64,000 nucleotides of DNA from Octopus vulgaris (taxonomy: Eukaryota). Position numbers and translations under genes: made by a program. Numbering within the stretch: the stretch's first letter is position 1; each line of letters begins with the position of its first letter. The DNA lies in contig OX597814.1 in assembly GCA_951406725.2 (NCBI GenBank), positions 90,768,001-90,832,000 on the forward strand. Direction: 5' to 3'. Shown here piece after piece: positions 58,380 through 64,000 of this stretch. The notes beneath the pieces were generated by a model. The model was not told where the DNA came from and searched no databases. It worked only from the letters and a program-made list of their open reading frames with translations.

Positions 58380-61337
58380 CATTTGTAAATATATTTCTAA
58401 ATATTTCTAAATATATTTCTAAATATTTCAAGTGATCATTAAAAAAGTAATAAACCTTATAAATATCAAATTTACAACAAACTTGTCCAAAACTGATTTC
58501 CCCATTAATTTACACAGTAGATTCACACGTAAATGAAAGCTCAAAATTTTAAAACACTCTCCCTAACTGTCTACTTCTGCATCACTTTCATTCTCTCTCA
58601 GCCCCTCTCTCTCCTTTTCTCTCTCGCTTTCACCTACTTTTGTCCCTTCTCTCGGTGCGAAAAATTCTACTACTAAAATACAATTGCCCTTTCTTTATTT
58701 ACATACTTATGTATTTATGTAGATTGTGACCAGTAAGTTTTTTGGTAACAGTCTTATATAATGTGTTAATCTGCCTCAGGTTTCTTTTATAAAGCAGTTT
58801 CTTTCCTTGTGCATTTACAAAGTAAATGACATCGTTGTTGTTAGAAAAGAATATAATTGTCCCCATTAAAATAAATATATGGATGTTAATTCATATCTTG
58901 AGAAATACAAATGAGCATTTCTGTACATATTTGACAAAGCCATACTTCACTGGAAGCAAGATAAGTAAAATCAGTTGTCAGCTAAAAATGATCTATCAAC
59001 AGAAATTTCATATAAATATGTGAATGTATAGTTGGTATTCAAGTAATAACAAAAATAATTTACGAATCTGAGGAAACCTGCCAGATGTTTTCAATTGTGT
59101 AGTATTATAACTAAAACATTGTAATGGCTTTAGTTGTATAACCGCATTGAATAAAGACCTTGGTTGAATGAAAATATATAGGAATAACGAGGAAACCAGT
59201 GCTGAAGCCACCCACGTCATCAAGCCTACCAGTCCTGAGCGCCATATACCATGCAATATTTCTGTAGTATCGTGTATATTTGTCGGAAACTATTGGCAAT
59301 CGGTAATGTTCATATCAGCATTTCAAGATGGAATAGTTAGCTTTGTATTCAAGATCATGTTAGTTTCAAAACCCAATCTAAAACAAATTCATTTGGCTGA
59401 TATATTTCCAATGCCTATAATTGTGGACCTTTATACAGTTGATTAAATTTCGAAATGTTGATATATGATTCTATCCAAAATCTGCGTAATTATTGATGAA
59501 TTGATATCAAAAGTCTATAACACAACAAGCTAATTCAGGACTGGATATTACCTGAGATTATTTTGATTGTTTATTAATATTTACTGAGGAAATGACAAAT
59601 GTTCTGAATATGCATTCCGGTATTTTACCAAGCTCGATATATTCTGAGTCGACACTCTTTAGTGTAATATAAAGTAATATAAAGTACAAGTCAAATACTA
59701 CTTTCCATGCAGTTGACTTACATCCTCATCTAAAATATGACTAAATCTAAAGTATATACAATTATAAGTATTTATATATTATTATCTTCGTTAACTGGAA
59801 GGAATAACAGAGCACCAACTTGTATTTCTTGTACAATACAAATCTACCGAAAATGCCATGTTCTTATCCATGTAAAACAGTAATTTCATTTGTAAATATA
59901 TTTCTAAATATTTCAAGTGCTCATTAAAAAAGTAATAAACCTTATAAATATCAAATTTACAACAAACTTGTCCAAAACTGATTTCCCCATTAATTTACAC
60001 AGTAGATTCACACGTAAATGAAAGCTCAAAATTTTAAAACACTCTCCCTAACTGTCTACTTCTGCATCACTTTCATTCTCTCTCTGCCCTTCTCTCTCCT
60101 TTTCTCTCTCGCTTTCACCTACTTTTGTCCCTTCCCTCGGTGCGAAAAATTCTACTACTAAAATACAATTGCCCTTTCTTTATTTATATACTTATGTATT
60201 TATGTAGATTGTGACCAGTAAGTTTTTTGGTAACAGTCTTATATAATGTGTTAATCTGCCTCAGGTTTCTTTTATAAAGCAGTTTCTTTCTCTGTGCATT
60301 TACAAAGTAAATGACATCGTTGTTGTTAGAAAAGAATATAATTGTCCCCATTAAAATAAATATATGGATGTTAATTCATATCTTGAGAAATACAAATGAG
60401 CATTTCTGTACATATTTGACAAAGCCATACTTCACTGGAAGCAAGATAAGTCAAATCAGTTGTCAGCTAAAAATGATCTATCAACAGAAATTTCATATAA
60501 ATATGTGAATGTATAGTTGGTATTCAAGTAATAACAAAAATAATTTACGAATCTGAGGAAACCTGCCAGATGTTTTCAATTGTGTAGTATTATAACTAAA
60601 ACATTGTAATGGCTTTAGTTGTATAACCGCATTGAATGAAAATATATAGGAATAACGAGGAAACCAGTGCTGAAGCCACCCACGTCATCAAGCCTACCAG
60701 TCCTGAAGCCATATACCATGCATATTTCTGTAGTATCGTGTATATTTGTCGGAAACTATTGGCAATCGGTAATGTTCATATCATCATTTCAAGATGGAAT
60801 AGTTAGCTTTGTATTCAAGATCATGTTAGTTTCAAAACCCAATCTAAAACAAATTCATTTGGCTGATATATTTCCAATGCCTATAATTGTGGACCTTTGT
60901 ACAGTTGATTAAATTTCGAAATGTTGATATATGATTCTATCCAAAATTCTGCGTAATTATTGATGAATTGATATCAAAAGTCTATAACACAACAAGCTAA
61001 TTCAGGACTGGATATTACCTGAGATTATTTTGATTGTTTATTAATATTTACTGAGGAAATGACAAATGTTCTGAATATGCATTCCGGTATTTTACCAAGC
61101 TCGATATATTCTGAGTCGACACTCTTTAGTGTAATAATATAAAGTACAAGTCAAATACTACTTTCCATGCAGTTGACTTACATCCTCATCTAAAATATGA
61201 CTAAATCTAAAGTATATACAATTATAAGTATTTATATATTATTGTCTTCGTTAACTGGAAGGAATAACAGAGCACCAACTTGTATTTCTTGTACAATACA
61301 AATCTACCGAACTTAGTAAAACAGTAATTTCATTTGT
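58380..61337 (+). repeat. Tandem duplication of ~1.48 kb (58380-59886 / 59887-61337)
   Basis: Near-identical copies; paired ORFs at 58826 and 60311 are offset by 1485. Confidence 0.95.
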
Positions 61338-61994
61338 GTAAGATTTTCAGTATCCATGACAGAAAAACTTGGTCATGAGGAATGTATTTTAACTTCGCTC
61401 CCAATGCCATTATAAATTATAGAATTTCTTTTAGAGAAGATATGATCGTCGCTAAATTAAATCCCCATTATTTAAATGCCTCTATAACTGAGAAAATATA
61501 AATGTATTGAAATTTTTTATCCTCGTTGACGTCGTCCACCTCCTCCTCATCATTCTTCACTCCCTCAGTTTAATCATCACCAGTATTGTTATTATTAACA
61601 ATATTTTGTTTTATATGATTTGTTCCAAGTCTCACTCATAGACGTCAAGTAACAGCAAGTTGGACATTGTACTCATGAGTCTTATTCATAATTTGAAGAT
61701 AATTTGGTCTTTTCATGTTAACAATGTTTTTCTTACTGTGTAAGCACTAGTCGTGAGTACATGATTACTACAACTGAGGATGTCACTTAGCAAATCACAA
61801 TATTGGGAATTTTGCCGTCTGTTAAGTCACAACAAGGGTCTAAAACAGTGCTTTACACCGTTTCCGTGAAGGTCTATATAAGCCCGATTTTTGCAACACA
61901 CTATTTTTAGGCTATTTCTAAGTGTCCACATATGTCTCCAGCTTGGTTGGTATTGAACACAATACTCCGATGACAACAGGCGCAACCTTTATTA

Positions 61995-62155
61995 TCATTA
62001 CCCTGCGCGCGTAAGCGAAAGCAGGTTATTGTAGTCGCTTGTCTTTGTCTGTTTGTCTGCTTGTTTACAAAAATACTGGAAAACAGCAGAACGGATTTTC
62101 ACCAAATTTGGCTAAGATACACATTGGGTGAGTGGCTCCAGCTTATTAAAGTGGT
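61995..62155 (+). mobile_element. Helentron-associated (HINE/DINE-1-like) element 5' fragment
   Basis: ttaccc..gtctgtttgtctg microsatellite core, then aacggattttcaccaaatttgg. Confidence 0.45.
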
Positions 62156-62463
62156 TTGATTCTCTTTAAAACTTGTGACCGAATGAATCAAAATATTCTA
62201 TTTTTCGTTCCATGAGCATAAATGATAAGCAAGGGAAATAACACTTAATGTCATTTTGTTGAAAGATGAATTCCTCTGCGGATATATTTACTAAATTAAA
62301 TTTTATGTTAGCACTGTGTGTGCGCGGAGAGTACGTATGAAGATTAAGCACACCAGATTCTTCGTTTAGAAAGACTTGTATTAGAAAAAAGGAGAGAAAG
62401 ACAGACGAAAGAAAGGAAATGTAAGGACTGAAAAAAGAAAAACAAACAAAATAAGGAGGGAAA

Positions 62464-62525
<62 letters not shown>

Positions 62526-62529
<4 letters not shown>

Positions 62530-62546
62530 GAAGGCAACAAACCATC

Positions 62547-62584
<38 letters not shown>

Positions 62585-62830
62585 GATGGTTTGTTGCCAT
62601 CTTAAATTGGCAGTCCCAGGAAGGGGAAAATGCTACTGCTATTTAGCCCAAGTAAACACCGTTTCCAGTTGGCTACGTGACACAAGCATTCTGTGTCATT
62701 GTTTTCAAACAGGTAAGATAAGCATTTCCACCCAGCAAAGCCAGGATCCAGAGACAAGTTTCAGAGTCATTGCTCTTCATCAGTCTGGAGTAGCTTGGCT
62801 TGCTCGCTGTCGATGCTTATTCACCTTTGA
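62526..62830 (-). mobile_element. PLE/retrozyme-type terminus with a short inverted duplication around (TA)n
   Basis: ggcaacaaaccatcacttt(TA)n aaagtgatggtttgttgcc hairpin at 62533-62598; hammerhead at 62747-62789. Confidence 0.7.
62747..62789 (-). ncRNA. Minimal type I hammerhead ribozyme (intact core)
   Basis: Minus strand tccaga-CTGATGA-agag caatga ctct-GAAA-cttg-TC-tctgga; stem I is extendable (gcaagcca/tggctttgc). Confidence 0.85.
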
Positions 62831-62939
62831 TAACATATAGAATTTCAAGTGAAATAAATTCACGTATCCTCAAAATTTGAAATATTGCATTTCTAAATCT
62901 CTCATAGAGATTTATACAGTAGCAGCACGGTAAAGTGAT

Positions 62940-63630
62940 CTTATGTATTTTTCCTCTACAACATATGAATTAGAAAGGAAGGGGTGACAAATCAGCATTT
63001 CAACTCTCTGTGAGTGTATGTGTTTGTACGTAAAAGGGAGGCATGTGAATCTTTGTGTGTGTGTGTGAGTGTGTGTGTGTGGGTGTATGTGTGTTTGTGT
63101 GTGCGTATGTGTGTGTGTGCGTGTGTAAGCAGTGGAAGTGAGATCATGAATGTTCAACGCTGCAAAGAAAAATCAAACAGCATTTCAACTATGTCTGTGT
63201 ATGTGTGTGTATGTGTGTGTATATGTGTGCATGCACAAGGGAAGTACGTGAATGTATGTGAACATTGACAAGTTTATAAATGTGCTTTACCATACATCTC
63301 TTCTACTCTAATGATACTCTTGTGTATTTCTCTGTCACAACATATGAATGAGAAAGGAAGGGGCGATGAGAAACTTGATAGCAGGATGATGGAAGTTCTA
63401 TGAGGAAAAAAAAAATCAAACAGCGTTTCAACTCTGCGGGAGTATATATGCGTGTATATAAAAGGGAGTCATGTGAGTGATTGTGAGTGTGCCAATGTGT
63501 GTGTGTATGTGTGCGTGTATGTATGTGCAATGGAAATGGTATGATGAACATTCAACACTGAAAAAATATCAAACAGTGTTTCAACTCTGTGTGTGTGTTT
63601 GTATGTATAAGGGAAGTATGTGAATGTTTG
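62940..63630 (+). repeat. Old, diverged tandem duplication (~380-430 bp period) with (TG)n
   Basis: caacatatgaat.agaaaggaagggg at about 62959 and 63338; tttcaact recurs four times. Confidence 0.6.
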
Positions 63631-64000
63631 TATCTGTGATTATTATGTACCTTATATTGTACCTTATTTATACATAAATTACAACAATAAGCCCTCATTT
63701 TTGACGGCACGTAGCCAGCTATTATCTAATAATACTATACAGTAGTGAGTGCAGATCTATAGTAGCTCATGACAACGATGATAACGGCTACACTGTTGTC
63801 ATGACTACAAATGTTGGCAGCAATGATAGAAACTATAGTGGTATTAGTACTAACTGCTGCTACAATGGTAAGTATGAAATAATTGTAGCAGTAATAATGA
63901 GGTGTTGGCTGTAGTGGCAGATGTAATAACCGTCTCTACACCTGCCAGAGATTTCTCATTGTTAATTACTTTAATGTAGCACGGAAATTTCTTACGGAAC

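Noticed and set aside
59008-59446. Overlapping small ORFs within the duplicated 1.48-kb unit
   Set aside because: No recognisable homology, and indels in the second copy break the frames.

Overview
AT-rich, microsatellite-saturated animal genomic DNA. The SINE families and repeat landscape suggest a cephalopod (probably octopus); this is inferred, not proven. No intact host gene is visible, and nearly all long ORFs in the supplied track are (TA)n/(CA)n artefacts. The window is a patchwork of decayed mobile elements: LINE endonuclease fragments (CR1/L2-like, RTE), two R4/Dong-like relics, three mariner relics (one full length), a Helitron concatemer with a PIF1 helicase fragment, SINEs with clear target-site duplications, and many Penelope-like element (PLE) fragments and termini. 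The standout structure is a 3.3-kb array (37413-40703) of nearly identical 534-535 bp units that flips orientation near 39643. Six units each carry an intact type I hammerhead ribozyme. Inside the ribozyme's stem II loop are an ATG and a GTAAGT splice donor, and the predicted 101-nt intron would remove the ribozyme's catalytic 3' half. Seven further intact or decayed hammerhead motifs from other families are scattered through the window, mostly beside (TA)n tracts and inverted duplications. A 1.48-kb tandem duplication with a templated patchwork junction and a possible decayed sushi/CCP-domain pseudogene are also present.
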